Source of the DNA: Candidatus Liptonbacteria bacterium
Lineage (GTDB): Bacteria; Patescibacteriota; Minisyncoccia; UBA6257; 2-01-FULL-56-20
Direction: 5' to 3'
DNA: 64,000 nucleotides
Assembly (NCBI GenBank): GCA_016204335.1
Contig: JACQKU010000008.1
Span: 10,913-74,912, forward strand
Shown here: piece after piece, positions 53,933 to 63,002 of the stretch
Position numbering within the stretch: the first letter of the stretch is position 1
Layout: each line of letters starts with the position of its first letter
The notes under the pieces: model-generated
Seen by the model: only the letters and a program-made list of their open reading frames with translations
The model's database searches: none
What the model was told of the DNA's origin: nothing
Position numbers and translations under genes: made by a program

Positions 53933-55129
53933 ATGAAAATAGGAATTGTAAATTTTGATCTCGGCGCGCCCATGGGGGATACGAGGTGCACCGGCTCTTT
54001 TGCCCGCGCTTTAAAAAAATCGGGTCATGAAGTTATTGTCTATACCACAGATTTCAACCCTGGACTTTTTTACGACTTGTGGAGCGGCATTGAGGTAAAA
54101 GTTTTTCCGCAAAAACCGCCGCTCGAAAAGATTCTTCTCGGCTCGTCAGGGATTTTCGCGAGGGCGTTGAGAAAAGTTCGGACAAACCTCTGGGCCCGGC
54201 GCGCCGCGCGCGATTTCAGCGGCAAAATAGATCCCGATTTAGACATTCTTGATTGCCACAATTGGTACACGTATAAGATTGCTCCGCTTTACCGCAAAAT
54301 AAATTCGCGAGCGCGGATTATTTGGACGATGCACGATCCGCCGTTCAATTACCGCCCTAAAAAAAACCCAATTTTAAACTTACTAGCGCTTATCCAGTTT
54401 TACGTTGAGCCGTTGTACGAGAAACGGTTTTACTCGTGCGTCGATGAAATTATCGTCATGGACGAGAGAAGTCGCAACATTGCCAAAGATTACTCTCCTA
54501 AAGTGCGCCTGCTTTATTTGGGCATTGACTATGACCATTTTTATATGCCGCCCCGCAAGCGCGATCGCAAAAAGCGCCTCCGACTTTTAGGCGTTGGCTC
54601 AATGAGTCCCTACCGCCGCTTCGAAGATATTATCGAAGCAACTCGTCAAATGCGCGAGAACGGATTGGATGCTTTGGCGACTATTGTTTGCCGTGATTTT
54701 TGGGGAGATAAGGCTTATCAAGAAAGCTTTTTATCGGCGATGAAGAATTCCGGAATAGAAAAATTTTTGGATTCGCGTCAAGATGGCGTAAGCGAAGAAG
54801 AGCTCTTAAAAATTTTCCGCGAAAGTGACGTTTACGTGTTCCCGAATCACATCCGCATTTGGGGCATGGCAGCCTTCGAAGCTATGGCTGCCGGTTTGCC
54901 TCTTATTGTTTCAAACATAACCAGCGCCTCCGAAGTTCTTAAGGACGGTGAAAATGCCCTTTTTGTTGACCCGCTAAGGCCTGATCAGATAGCGCAACAG
55001 GCCAAAAAACTTTCCGAGGATGATGGTTTTTATCGAAAGATAGCGGGAAATGGACAAAAGTTTGTCCGCGACAATTTGACTTGGGAAAATTACGCCAAGA
55101 ATTTTTTAAGTGATTCAGCGTCACAATGA
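53933..55129 (+). CDS. GT4 glycosyltransferase
   Basis: LGID, RRFED, WGMAAFEAMAAGLP, DGENAL. Paralog of 38381. Confidence 0.92.
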   Translation: MKIGIVNFDLGAPMGDTRCTGSFARALKKSGHEVIVYTTDFNPGLFYDLWSGIEVKVFPQKPPLEKILLGSSGIFARALRKVRTNLWARRAARDFSGKIDPDLDILDCHNWYTYKIAPLYRKINSRARIIWTMHDPPFNYRPKKNPILNLLALIQFYVEPLYEKRFYSCVDEIIVMDERSRNIAKDYSPKVRLLYLGIDYDHFYMPPRKRDRKKRLRLLGVGSMSPYRRFEDIIEATRQMRENGLDALATIVCRDFWGDKAYQESFLSAMKNSGIEKFLDSRQDGVSEEELLKIFRESDVYVFPNHIRIWGMAAFEAMAAGLPLIVSNITSASEVLKDGENALFVDPLRPDQIAQQAKKLSEDDGFYRKIAGNGQKFVRDNLTWENYAKNFLSDSASQ

Positions 55130-55255
55130 ATCCCATTAGAGACAACTTTGCTATGAATTCAAGATTTACAAAATGCAATAAGGTAAGCCAAAAGTCGAAG
55201 CAATGCGGCTTAATCACGGGTATGCTCTTAGGCATACCCTGTCTCTAAACGGGAT
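55130..55255 (+). mobile_element. Family-A element between the GT4 stop and the next start codon
   Basis: ATCCCATTAGAGACA...GGGTATGC-TCTTAG-GCATACCC-TGTCTCTAAACGGGAT(G). Confidence 0.85.
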
Positions 55256-56333
55256 GAAGATAATTTACTCCGGTCTTCGAGTGGAAAATTATAATCCGAA
55301 ACGTTCTCCAAGCTTCGAATATACCAACTTTTATTTAACATTGAAATCGCTGTTCAGCGCGGAGGTGATTGAATATCCGTTCGATAATATTCTGAAAGTT
55401 GGCAAGCGGTGGTTTAATAAAAACCTTCTCGATCTCATTCTGCGCGAGAAGCCGGATCTTTTTTTCGCATTCATGTACACAGACGAATTGGACGTTGAAA
55501 CGCTTGATGCGATAAAGCGAAAAACGAAAACCATCGCGTGGTTCGCGGACGACCATTGGAGGATTTGGAATTATTCACGCCATTACGCGCCGCACTTTAC
55601 ATGGGGCGCGACCACCTGGTCCATGGCGCCGGCGATATACGCAAGGTACGGAATTAAAAATATAATCCGTTCGCAGTGGGCGTGCAGTCCGCGAGAGCGG
55701 GAACCCTTCGACTTCGCTCAGGACAAGCTCTTCGACGTGGCTCAGGGTAAGCCGCTTAATAAAGATATAAACGTGAGTTTTGTGGGCCAGCGCACCGAGA
55801 AACGAGCGAATATCATTGAAGAATTGCGCCGGGCCGGAATAAATATTTACGTTCGCGGCTGGGGTTGGCCCGAAGGCAGAGTATCAGAAGAAGAAGCGGT
55901 GAAGATATTTTCGCGAAGTAAAATAAACTTGAATATCAACGATTCGCCGAATTTGTTTAAGCCGAAATATCTGGCGCGGCTGTTTCTGCGGCGGTCAATG
56001 AATCGTTTTGTTCCCAGTTTGAATTTTTTGGACAATTTTCAGTCGTGGAGAGGAATGTCCGTCCCGCAGATTAAGGCAAGACCATTCGAACTTTCCGCCC
56101 GCGGCGCGTTCGTTATTTCCGGCTACGCCGACGATATGGACGCGTATTACGAAGAAAACGAAGAAATGATTTTTTATCGTTCGTCCGCCGAGCTTGCCCA
56201 AAAAATAGCATATTATTTGGAGCGCGGCGATGAGCGGGAAAAAATCGCCGAAGCCGGGTATCAGCGAACCCTGCGCGAACATACGTACAAAAAAAGGTTC
56301 GAAGAGATATTTGAGAAAATCGGTTTACGTTGA
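55254..56333 (+). CDS. CgeB/Glyco_trans_1_2-family glycosyltransferase
   Basis: WFADDHWR, VSFVG, SKINLN, QIKARPFE, EHTYKKRF. Confidence 0.88.
   Translation: MKIIYSGLRVENYNPKRSPSFEYTNFYLTLKSLFSAEVIEYPFDNILKVGKRWFNKNLLDLILREKPDLFFAFMYTDELDVETLDAIKRKTKTIAWFADDHWRIWNYSRHYAPHFTWGATTWSMAPAIYARYGIKNIIRSQWACSPREREPFDFAQDKLFDVAQGKPLNKDINVSFVGQRTEKRANIIEELRRAGINIYVRGWGWPEGRVSEEEAVKIFSRSKINLNINDSPNLFKPKYLARLFLRRSMNRFVPSLNFLDNFQSWRGMSVPQIKARPFELSARGAFVISGYADDMDAYYEENEEMIFYRSSAELAQKIAYYLERGDEREKIAEAGYQRTLREHTYKKRFEEIFEKIGLR
55704..55751. repeat. Tandem 2 x 24-bp CCTTCGAC..GCTCAGG element, in frame
   Basis: cccttcgacttcgctcaggacaag / ctcttcgacgtggctcagggtaag, encoding PFDFAQDKLFDVAQGK. Confidence 0.85.
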
Positions 56334-56379
56334 AGGGTGTCGAAGCCAGTATCGGCCGTCGGCTTACGTTATTTAGTTC

Positions 56380-56788
56380 ATGGATGAAACAAAAAAACCT
56401 AAAATAAAGTCATTTCGCGATTTAGATGTTTATCGAAATGCTTATGATGCAATGCTGATTGTGGCGCAGAAATTATTACCGCAATTGCCAGCCAGCGAAA
56501 AATTCGATCTTCGAGATCAATTATCGCGCTCCACAAAAGCAGTTCCGCGCCTTATTGCTGAAGGATATGTCAAGAAACACCAGAAATTTGGTTTCAAAAA
56601 AATATCTTGATGATGCGATGGCCGAAGCCAATGAAACTATTGTTGGCGTTGAACAATGCCGCGATATTTACCAAATAAATAAAGAACTTTGCGATGATTT
56701 GGTTGATAGATATGATAAAATTGCTTGCCAGCTTTATCGACTTTCTGAATCATGGGATAATTTCAGCCGTAAGACGAAAAACGAATAA
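56380..56788 (+). pseudogene. Four-helix-bundle protein (23S rRNA IVP-like), frameshifted at an A7 tract
   Basis: SFRDLDVY...LP.SEKFDL.DQL.RS.K.V...IAEG in one frame continues as KYLDDAMAEANET in another. Removing one A from 56596-56602 restores the frame. Confidence 0.85.
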
Positions 56789-56817
56789 CGATACGGGCTT
56801 CGCTAACGTACAACCTT

Positions 56818-57792
56818 ATGATAACGGCAAAAGTTTCCATAATTATTCCTTCGTATAACGCGGGGGCATACGTCAAAGAAGCGGTGGATTCGGCGCTTGC
56901 CCAAACCTATCCGCACTGTGAAATAATCGTGGTCGACGACGGGTCAACCGACGATACCCAAGAAATTCTGGCGCCGTATGCGGAAAAAGGAAGCGTGCAG
57001 TATGTCTATCAGGACAATAAAGGCCTGGCGGGCGCCCGGAATACAGCCATAAAAATCGCTCGCGGCGAATATATCGCGTTTCTCGACGCCGACGACGTTT
57101 TTATACCGCAAAAAATGGAACGGCAGGTTCAGTATCTCAAAGACCATGCCGAGTGCGATGTTTCCTATTGCGACCTGTATCATTTTTGGGACGGCCGGCC
57201 CGAGACATTGCTGAAGCTGGATTACCGTTATTATTCCGGAGACGAAGTCTTGCCGAATCTGATAAAACGGGATTTCATAGCGCCGCTCTCGATGCTTGTC
57301 AGAAAATCGGTTTTTGAAAAATTCGGATTGTTCGACGAACATTTCCGCCGTTCGGAGGACCTGGAATTTTTGGTCAGAATTCTCCGCGGCGGCGCGAGAA
57401 TTTGTTTTCTCGATGAAATCCTGGCGAAGCTCCGCCTGCGCCGGACTTCCAACCTCCAGGGTTTTTTGAGCCAGCCGGAAGTCAAGAAAACGGGGCTGGC
57501 TGTTTTTGAAAATCTTTATGACAATATCGGCCCCGAAGAGCGGGAACGGCTGAAGCTTAAAAAATATCTGGCACTGTACCGCCTGAAAGTCGGGCTGGCG
57601 TACTTGGAAAACAATAATAAGATGGAAGCAAAGAAATTTATGTACGATAGTTTTTCAGGTTTTAGGGGCGGGTATGTCTTTGGTCGACTCTTCTGGTTTT
57701 TAATCGTCATCACGCCCGGCAGTTTACTTTCCTCGTTTATTCGGTATTATCACTTAAAGAAGCAGGATTCTAACCTTGAAGAAATAACATGA
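56818..57792 (+). CDS. GT2 glycosyltransferase
   Basis: VSIIIPSYN, VDDGSTD, GLAGARN, FLDADD, EDLE. Confidence 0.95.
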   Translation: MITAKVSIIIPSYNAGAYVKEAVDSALAQTYPHCEIIVVDDGSTDDTQEILAPYAEKGSVQYVYQDNKGLAGARNTAIKIARGEYIAFLDADDVFIPQKMERQVQYLKDHAECDVSYCDLYHFWDGRPETLLKLDYRYYSGDEVLPNLIKRDFIAPLSMLVRKSVFEKFGLFDEHFRRSEDLEFLVRILRGGARICFLDEILAKLRLRRTSNLQGFLSQPEVKKTGLAVFENLYDNIGPEERERLKLKKYLALYRLKVGLAYLENNNKMEAKKFMYDSFSGFRGGYVFGRLFWFLIVITPGSLLSSFIRYYHLKKQDSNLEEIT

Positions 57793-58883
57793 GAGAGAAA
57801 GTTCTAATCACCGGCGGCGCGGGATTTATCGGTTCTCATACCGCCGACGCTTTGTCAAAACACGGCTATCGGATAAGAATTTTGGACAATCTGCAGCCGC
57901 CCGTTCACAGCGGCAAGTGGCCGGCTTACGTATTGAACAAAGGATTCGAGTTGGTTCGCGGCGACGTTCGCAAAAAAGCGGATTTCCTGAAAGCGTTGCG
58001 GGGGGTTTCCTATGTCTATCATCTTGCGGCGTATCAGGACCAGCGTCCGGATTTCAGCAAGTTTTTCGAAACGAATACCGTCGGCACGGCACTTCTCTAC
58101 GAACTTATTGTCGAAAAAAAACTTCCTATCAAAAAAGTGATTCTCGCGAGTTCGCAGTTCGCGTACGGAGACGGCAAGTATCAGTGCGTTCATAACGCCC
58201 ATCCTTCGCCAATGCTTCGGAGGACAAGAAAGTTTTTTTATCCCGAGCCGAGAACCGAACGACAGTTCAAATCAAAAAAATTCGATATTCTGTGCAGTCA
58301 CGGCAGGATAGCGAAATTTTTTCCGTTCCGCGAGGAACAGCCGCTTGTCCCGACGAACTCCTACGGACTTTCCAAAGAGGCGCTGGAACGCTTGGCCTTC
58401 CGGCTCGGCAAAACCTACGGTATTCCGACAACGGCTCTCCGGTATTCGGTTGTCCAGGGGCCACGGCAGTCGCCGAAGAATCTTTATTCCGGCGCGCTTC
58501 GAATTTTCACGGTTCAGGCGCTTTCCGGAAAACCCATTACCGTATACGAAGACGGTCTGCAGACCCGCGATTTCGTGAACGTGAACGATGTGGTTTCAGC
58601 GAATATTTTAGCGTTAAAGAATCCCAGGACAAACTTTTCCGCCTTCGGCGGAGAAGTTTTTAACGTAGGCGGCGGCAAAGCGTACAGGGTTTTGGATTTT
58701 GCGAAACTCGTCAAGAAAATAACCGGGTCCTCTTCGCCGATTCTCATCGGCGGTTTCCGGAGAACCGACACGCGCCACGCGGTTTCTGACATCGGCAAGC
58801 TCAAAAAACTCGGCTGGCGGCCGCGGTTCGCGCCGGAAAAGTCGGTTCGCGATTATGTCGAGTGGTATCAAGAAAATTTTTGA
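57789..58883 (+). CDS. NAD-dependent epimerase/dehydratase (with two small in-frame palindromic inserts)
   Basis: ITGGAGFIGSH, HLAA, YGLSK, GPRQS, EDG.QTRDFV. Confidence 0.92.
   Translation: MREKVLITGGAGFIGSHTADALSKHGYRIRILDNLQPPVHSGKWPAYVLNKGFELVRGDVRKKADFLKALRGVSYVYHLAAYQDQRPDFSKFFETNTVGTALLYELIVEKKLPIKKVILASSQFAYGDGKYQCVHNAHPSPMLRRTRKFFYPEPRTERQFKSKKFDILCSHGRIAKFFPFREEQPLVPTNSYGLSKEALERLAFRLGKTYGIPTTALRYSVVQGPRQSPKNLYSGALRIFTVQALSGKPITVYEDGLQTRDFVNVNDVVSANILALKNPRTNFSAFGGEVFNVGGGKAYRVLDFAKLVKKITGSSSPILIGGFRRTDTRHAVSDIGKLKKLGWRPRFAPEKSVRDYVEWYQENF
58199..58228. repeat. 30-bp CCTTCGC-AA-GCTTCGG element, in frame
   Basis: ccatccttcgccaatgcttcggaggacaag; same family and length as 1574-1603. 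Confidence 0.7.
58638..58652. repeat. 15-bp hairpin TCCGCCTTCGGCGGA, in frame (SAFGG)
   Basis: Perfect stem TCCGCC/GGCGGA inserted just before EVFNVG. Confidence 0.6.
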
Positions 58884-58916
58884 CCGAAGATATGTCGTGC
58901 TTTTATCTGCGCGCTT

Positions 58917-58945
58917 TTGACATCAAGCCGTTCTTTTTTTATACT
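58917..58945 (+). promoter_or_regulatory. Near-consensus sigma70 promoter of the heptose genes
   Basis: TTGACA-17 nt-TATACT, 7 nt before ATG 58953. Confidence 0.75.
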
Positions 58946-58952
58946 GCTTGGT

Positions 58953-59972
58953 ATGATTGTTGTTCGCGCTCCTCTTCGCATCAGCTTTGTCGGCGGCGGC
59001 ACGGACCTACCGGATTTTTACCGGCGTTCGCCCGGCCGCGTGATTTCGACCGCGATCGATAAATTTGTTTATGTAGTCATCAATCGGACGCCGCTCATCG
59101 ACAAAGTGTCGGCGCGGTACTCAATTGCCGAAACAGTCAATCATCCGAGCGAACTCAAGCATACCCGCATTAAGGCCGCGCTTCTTGACCTCGGGATTCA
59201 TAAAAATATCGAAATCGCGTCGTTCGGAACACTGCCTGCGAAAACGGGCCTTGGCTCTTCGTCGTCCTTTTCGGTCGCTCTTATGAGAGGACTTCACGGT
59301 TTTCTCGGCAGGAAAATTGATAAACGGCAAACTGCCGAAGCCGCGAGCCGTCTTGAAATCGAGCTTGTCGGCGAACCGATCGGCAAACAAGACCAGTATG
59401 CGGCATCGTTCGGCGGCTTTAATGTTTTGCAGTTCAACCCAGATGAATCGGTGGACGTTGACCCGGTATTGCTTCACTACAAAACACAGCTCGGCCTTGA
59501 GGACCACTTGCTGCTTTTTTTCACCGGAATTACCCGCAATGCTTCGGAAGTCCTTGCGGAGCAGAAAACGAATATAGGGAAAAAAGTGGACACCCTGAAA
59601 GAAATGGCCGAATCGGTTCATGAATTTAAGGAGAAACTTCTCAACGGGAATTTCAGGGGGATGGCGGAGATGCTTCACGCAAGATGGCTCAAAAAGAAGA
59701 CCCTTGCGTCGAATGTTTCGAATTCGACGATAGACGAATTATATGAAGCCGGCATTTCTTCAGGCGCGTGGGGCGGCAAAGTGCTCGGGGCAGGCGGAGA
59801 CGGCTGTATTATGTTTATAGCGCCGCCCGAAAAAAAGAACGATATCAGGCATGCGCTCAAAAAGATTGTCAGTGAAAAGAAAATCGCCGATTTTCAGGAA
59901 ATACCCGTAAAATTCGTACAAGCGGGCGCGGAAATTCTTTATAACGGCGACTACGTTCATAATTTCGGATAA
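58953..59972 (+). CDS. GHMP kinase, D-glycero-D-manno-heptose 7-phosphate kinase (HddA-like)
   Basis: APLRISFVGGGTD, GLGSSS, IGKQDQY, GGKVLGAGG.G. Confidence 0.9.
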   Translation: MIVVRAPLRISFVGGGTDLPDFYRRSPGRVISTAIDKFVYVVINRTPLIDKVSARYSIAETVNHPSELKHTRIKAALLDLGIHKNIEIASFGTLPAKTGLGSSSSFSVALMRGLHGFLGRKIDKRQTAEAASRLEIELVGEPIGKQDQYAASFGGFNVLQFNPDESVDVDPVLLHYKTQLGLEDHLLLFFTGITRNASEVLAEQKTNIGKKVDTLKEMAESVHEFKEKLLNGNFRGMAEMLHARWLKKKTLASNVSNSTIDELYEAGISSGAWGGKVLGAGGDGCIMFIAPPEKKNDIRHALKKIVSEKKIADFQEIPVKFVQAGAEILYNGDYVHNFG

Positions 59973-59978
59973 AATCAA

Positions 59979-60581
59979 ATGGAAGAATTCATCAGAAAAT
60001 TCGGAGAACGCGCCGCAGAACTGCTTAAGCGTCTTCCTGCCGGTGAAATCGCGAAGGCGCTGAGTATTTTGCAGGCGACGTACGAACGCGACGGGCGTAT
60101 TTATGTTTTTGGGAACGGCGGTTCGTGGGCGATTGCCGGACACTGGGTGACCGATTTCAATAAAACCGTGTTCAGCGCGCATCTTGACGAACACCACCGG
60201 CGCTTCCGTATCAGCAGAGTGCCCGATACCGCAGAGGAACTTACCGCGTGGGCGAACGATATCGGTTACGACATGATTTTCGCCGGCCCGCTTGCGAACG
60301 TTCTTGAAGATACCGACGTGGTCATCGCAATTTCAAGTTCGGGGAATTCCTCGAACATAATCAAGGCGGTCGAGGTCGCGAAAAAAAAGAACGTGCCGGT
60401 CATAGGGCTTTCCGGTTTCGACGGCGGGAAACTGAACCAGCTCGCGGACGTAAAAATTCTGGTTCCGACATTGAAGGGAGATTACGAACTTGTTGAGAGC
60501 ACTCACGACACAATTATGCATCTGATGACCGTGTATTTCCGCGAATATTTCGCGCACCTCGCCGAGACGAATCAATCATGA
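59979..60581 (+). CDS. gmhA: Phosphoheptose isomerase (GmhA-like SIS protein)
   Basis: FGNGGS, TAWAND.GY..IF, ISSSGNS.N, GFDGG, E..H. Confidence 0.85.
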   Translation: MEEFIRKFGERAAELLKRLPAGEIAKALSILQATYERDGRIYVFGNGGSWAIAGHWVTDFNKTVFSAHLDEHHRRFRISRVPDTAEELTAWANDIGYDMIFAGPLANVLEDTDVVIAISSSGNSSNIIKAVEVAKKKNVPVIGLSGFDGGKLNQLADVKILVPTLKGDYELVESTHDTIMHLMTVYFREYFAHLAETNQS

Positions 60582-61546
60582 TTATCGCCCGTGTTCCTTT
60601 AAGGCTTGAATTTCTTGGTGGAAGCACCGATATCGCCTCATTCTATAAGCGTTATCCAGGCCACATCCTAAATACCACCATTGACAAGTATATTTATGTG
60701 ATTGTGAAATCGGCTCCGGGGCGCGGCGTGACACTGGTGCACGAAAAAACGGAACGAGTTTCGGATCGGGACAAGTTAACACACGCGCGGACTCGAGCGG
60801 TGCTTACGCATTTCGGTTTGAGGAACGGCGTTGAAATTATTTCGTTGTCTGATGTATTTGGCGGTTCTGGGCTCGGCTCGTCGAGTGCTTTTGTTGTCGG
60901 CTTAGTTCAAGCGCTTGCTGTCTATACCGGCAGGCGGATGTCAAAGCGTGCTATCGCCGAACTTGCCGCGCATATCGAAATCAATGTGCTTGGGGAACCT
61001 ATAGGGAAACAAGACCATTATGCCGCGGCATTCGGCGGTTTGACCGTAACGACCTATCAAAAAAACGGGTTTGTTGATGTCCAGCCAATCCGACTCCCGC
61101 CCAAAATTATGGAAGCTCTCCAGAATCACCTGCTGCTGTTTTATTCAGGAGAAAAGCGTTCGGCGTCTAAAATTTTAAGAAGTCAGAGTAAACAGAATAA
61201 AGAAAATTTTTCGTATCTTGTTCAAATGTCTGATATTGTTGAACCGGCGACGAAAGCACTCAAGCGCGGAAACCTCAAGCGTTTTGCGGAGTATCTTTTC
61301 GAAGAGTGGACTATCAAGAAAAATTTGTCTTCCGGTGTTACGACACGAAAGTTGGAAGATATGTATGCGACAGCGGTGCGTGCCGGCGCGTGGGGCGGCA
61401 GAGTGAGCGGCGCAGGCGGCGGCGGATTTATTTTTTTCTTCGCGCCGCCATCGCGGCACGCGGCGATACGGAAAGCGCTCAAAAACTACGAAGAATTTCC
61501 ACTCCGTTTCACCGAAGAAGGGAGTGAGGTACTTTACAGTTCTTGA
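60578..61546 (+). CDS. GHMP kinase, HddA-like (second copy)
   Basis: PLRLEFLGGSTD, GSGLGSSS, IGKQDHY, GAGGGG. Confidence 0.9.
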   Translation: MIIARVPLRLEFLGGSTDIASFYKRYPGHILNTTIDKYIYVIVKSAPGRGVTLVHEKTERVSDRDKLTHARTRAVLTHFGLRNGVEIISLSDVFGGSGLGSSSAFVVGLVQALAVYTGRRMSKRAIAELAAHIEINVLGEPIGKQDHYAAAFGGLTVTTYQKNGFVDVQPIRLPPKIMEALQNHLLLFYSGEKRSASKILRSQSKQNKENFSYLVQMSDIVEPATKALKRGNLKRFAEYLFEEWTIKKNLSSGVTTRKLEDMYATAVRAGAWGGRVSGAGGGGFIFFFAPPSRHAAIRKALKNYEEFPLRFTEEGSEVLYSS

Positions 61547-62217
61547 AGAAGTTCTGCGAGATTAACACTTTTCCAGTCCAGGAAAACTTTGGAGGCGCCG
61601 GCTTTCCAAAGGGCATCAATCGTTTCAGATCTTTTATAAACCGGCATGCCAATTGCTTTTGACCCGGCGGTGAGCGCCGCTTGTACGCCACGTGGCGAGT
61701 CCTCAAAAACAAGTTGTTCATTTGGAGAAATATTCATCCGCCGTGCGGTTTCGAGAAACACGTCGGGGGCGGGCTTCAAATTTTTCACATGCTCTTCGAG
61801 GGTAATTCGTTCCATGGGGAAGAGTTTCAAAAGCCCTGAATGTTCAAGGAGTTTTGTTGCTTGATTTTTAGGCGTGAGTGATCCGATGGCAATTTCAAGG
61901 CCATGTCGCTGTGCCGTTTCGAGGAAATCTAAAAATCCCGGCCGCGGAGCAATCGTGAGCGAGGCCAGAAATTCCTCATAGTATTCGTCACCCCTTTGGA
62001 GCATCGCTTCGGGAGATAGGCTCTTATTTGAGAGGTCGTACAGTTCTTGCATAAGAACCTTGCCGGGTCCGCCGATGAAATGCGGAATTTTCAGGATCGC
62101 CTCGTCGAGCGTGAGCAACACGCCCGCATCCCGCGCTACGTTCAAATGCGCCTTATGGTGCGCTTCTTCAACGTCAATCACTGTCCCTTCAAGATCGAAT
62201 GCGATTCCTTTTATCAT
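61534..62217 (-). CDS. HAD-family phosphatase (beta-PGM/CbbY-like; motif I is DxE)
   Basis: FDLEGT, KPAPDVF, VFEDS..GV.AA..AG. Confidence 0.88.
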   Translation of the reverse strand: MIKGIAFDLEGTVIDVEEAHHKAHLNVARDAGVLLTLDEAILKIPHFIGGPGKVLMQELYDLSNKSLSPEAMLQRGDEYYEEFLASLTIAPRPGFLDFLETAQRHGLEIAIGSLTPKNQATKLLEHSGLLKLFPMERITLEEHVKNLKPAPDVFLETARRMNISPNEQLVFEDSPRGVQAALTAGSKAIGMPVYKRSETIDALWKAGASKVFLDWKSVNLAELLQEL

Positions 62218-62266
62218 GATATCGTCTATGTTATTATGCATTTTGACTTTTGTCGAACATACTTTT

Positions 62267-63001
62267 ATGCAAAATCAGCCAATTAAACAGGCAGTGATTC
62301 TTTCGGCGGGGCTCGGCACTCATTTACGGCCTTTGACGGATAACATTCCGAAAGTAATGGTGCCGCTCGGCGGAAAGCCGCTTTTGGAACATCACATCGA
62401 ACAGTTTAAAAAACACGGCGTCACGGATTTTTTTATCAACCTTCACTATCTCCCGGATGCAATTACTAATTACTTCGGTGACGGTTCGCAATGGGGAGTA
62501 AAGATTACCTATACCCTTGAAAAACCGGATATTCGGGGGACAGCCGGCGGGATGAAAAATTTTGAACCGTATCTTCATGAACCATTTTTTGTTATTTATG
62601 GAGATATGTTTAGCATGTTGGATTACACGGCAATGGCAAATGAGTTTATGCGGCATCCGGACAATATTGGCATGATGCTCATCGGTCCGGCAAATCATCT
62701 CCACGATTCCGATCTTGTCGAAGTGGATGACAAGTTTGATTTCGTGAAGCTGTATTTAAAACCGCATAGTATTTTGCCGGCCACGGAAATGACCCTTCTT
62801 GCAACTTATATTTTTACTCCAAAGATTTTGTCTTATATCCCTGTGAATGCGTATTACGAAATAGACCACCAGCTTTTGCCGGATATTCTCGCTCACGGCG
62901 AAAAGTTTTCTGGATACACTTCATCGGATTATATTTTGGATATCGGTACGATGGAACGATATCAGAAAGTTCAGGAGTATTTGAAAAGTTTGAAGAAATA
63001 A
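62267..63001 (+). CDS. Sugar-1-phosphate nucleotidyltransferase (HddC/GMPP-like)
   Basis: AVILSAGLGT.LRPLT...PK, GTAG, YGD, DIGT.ERY. Confidence 0.92.
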   Translation: MQNQPIKQAVILSAGLGTHLRPLTDNIPKVMVPLGGKPLLEHHIEQFKKHGVTDFFINLHYLPDAITNYFGDGSQWGVKITYTLEKPDIRGTAGGMKNFEPYLHEPFFVIYGDMFSMLDYTAMANEFMRHPDNIGMMLIGPANHLHDSDLVEVDDKFDFVKLYLKPHSILPATEMTLLATYIFTPKILSYIPVNAYYEIDHQLLPDILAHGEKFSGYTSSDYILDIGTMERYQKVQEYLKSLKK

Positions 63002-63002
63002 A

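Noticed and set aside
56380-56788. Four-helix bundle as the Avd of a diversity-generating retroelement
   Set aside because: No reverse transcriptase and no TR/VR repeat pair with adenine-specific mismatches seen in the window.
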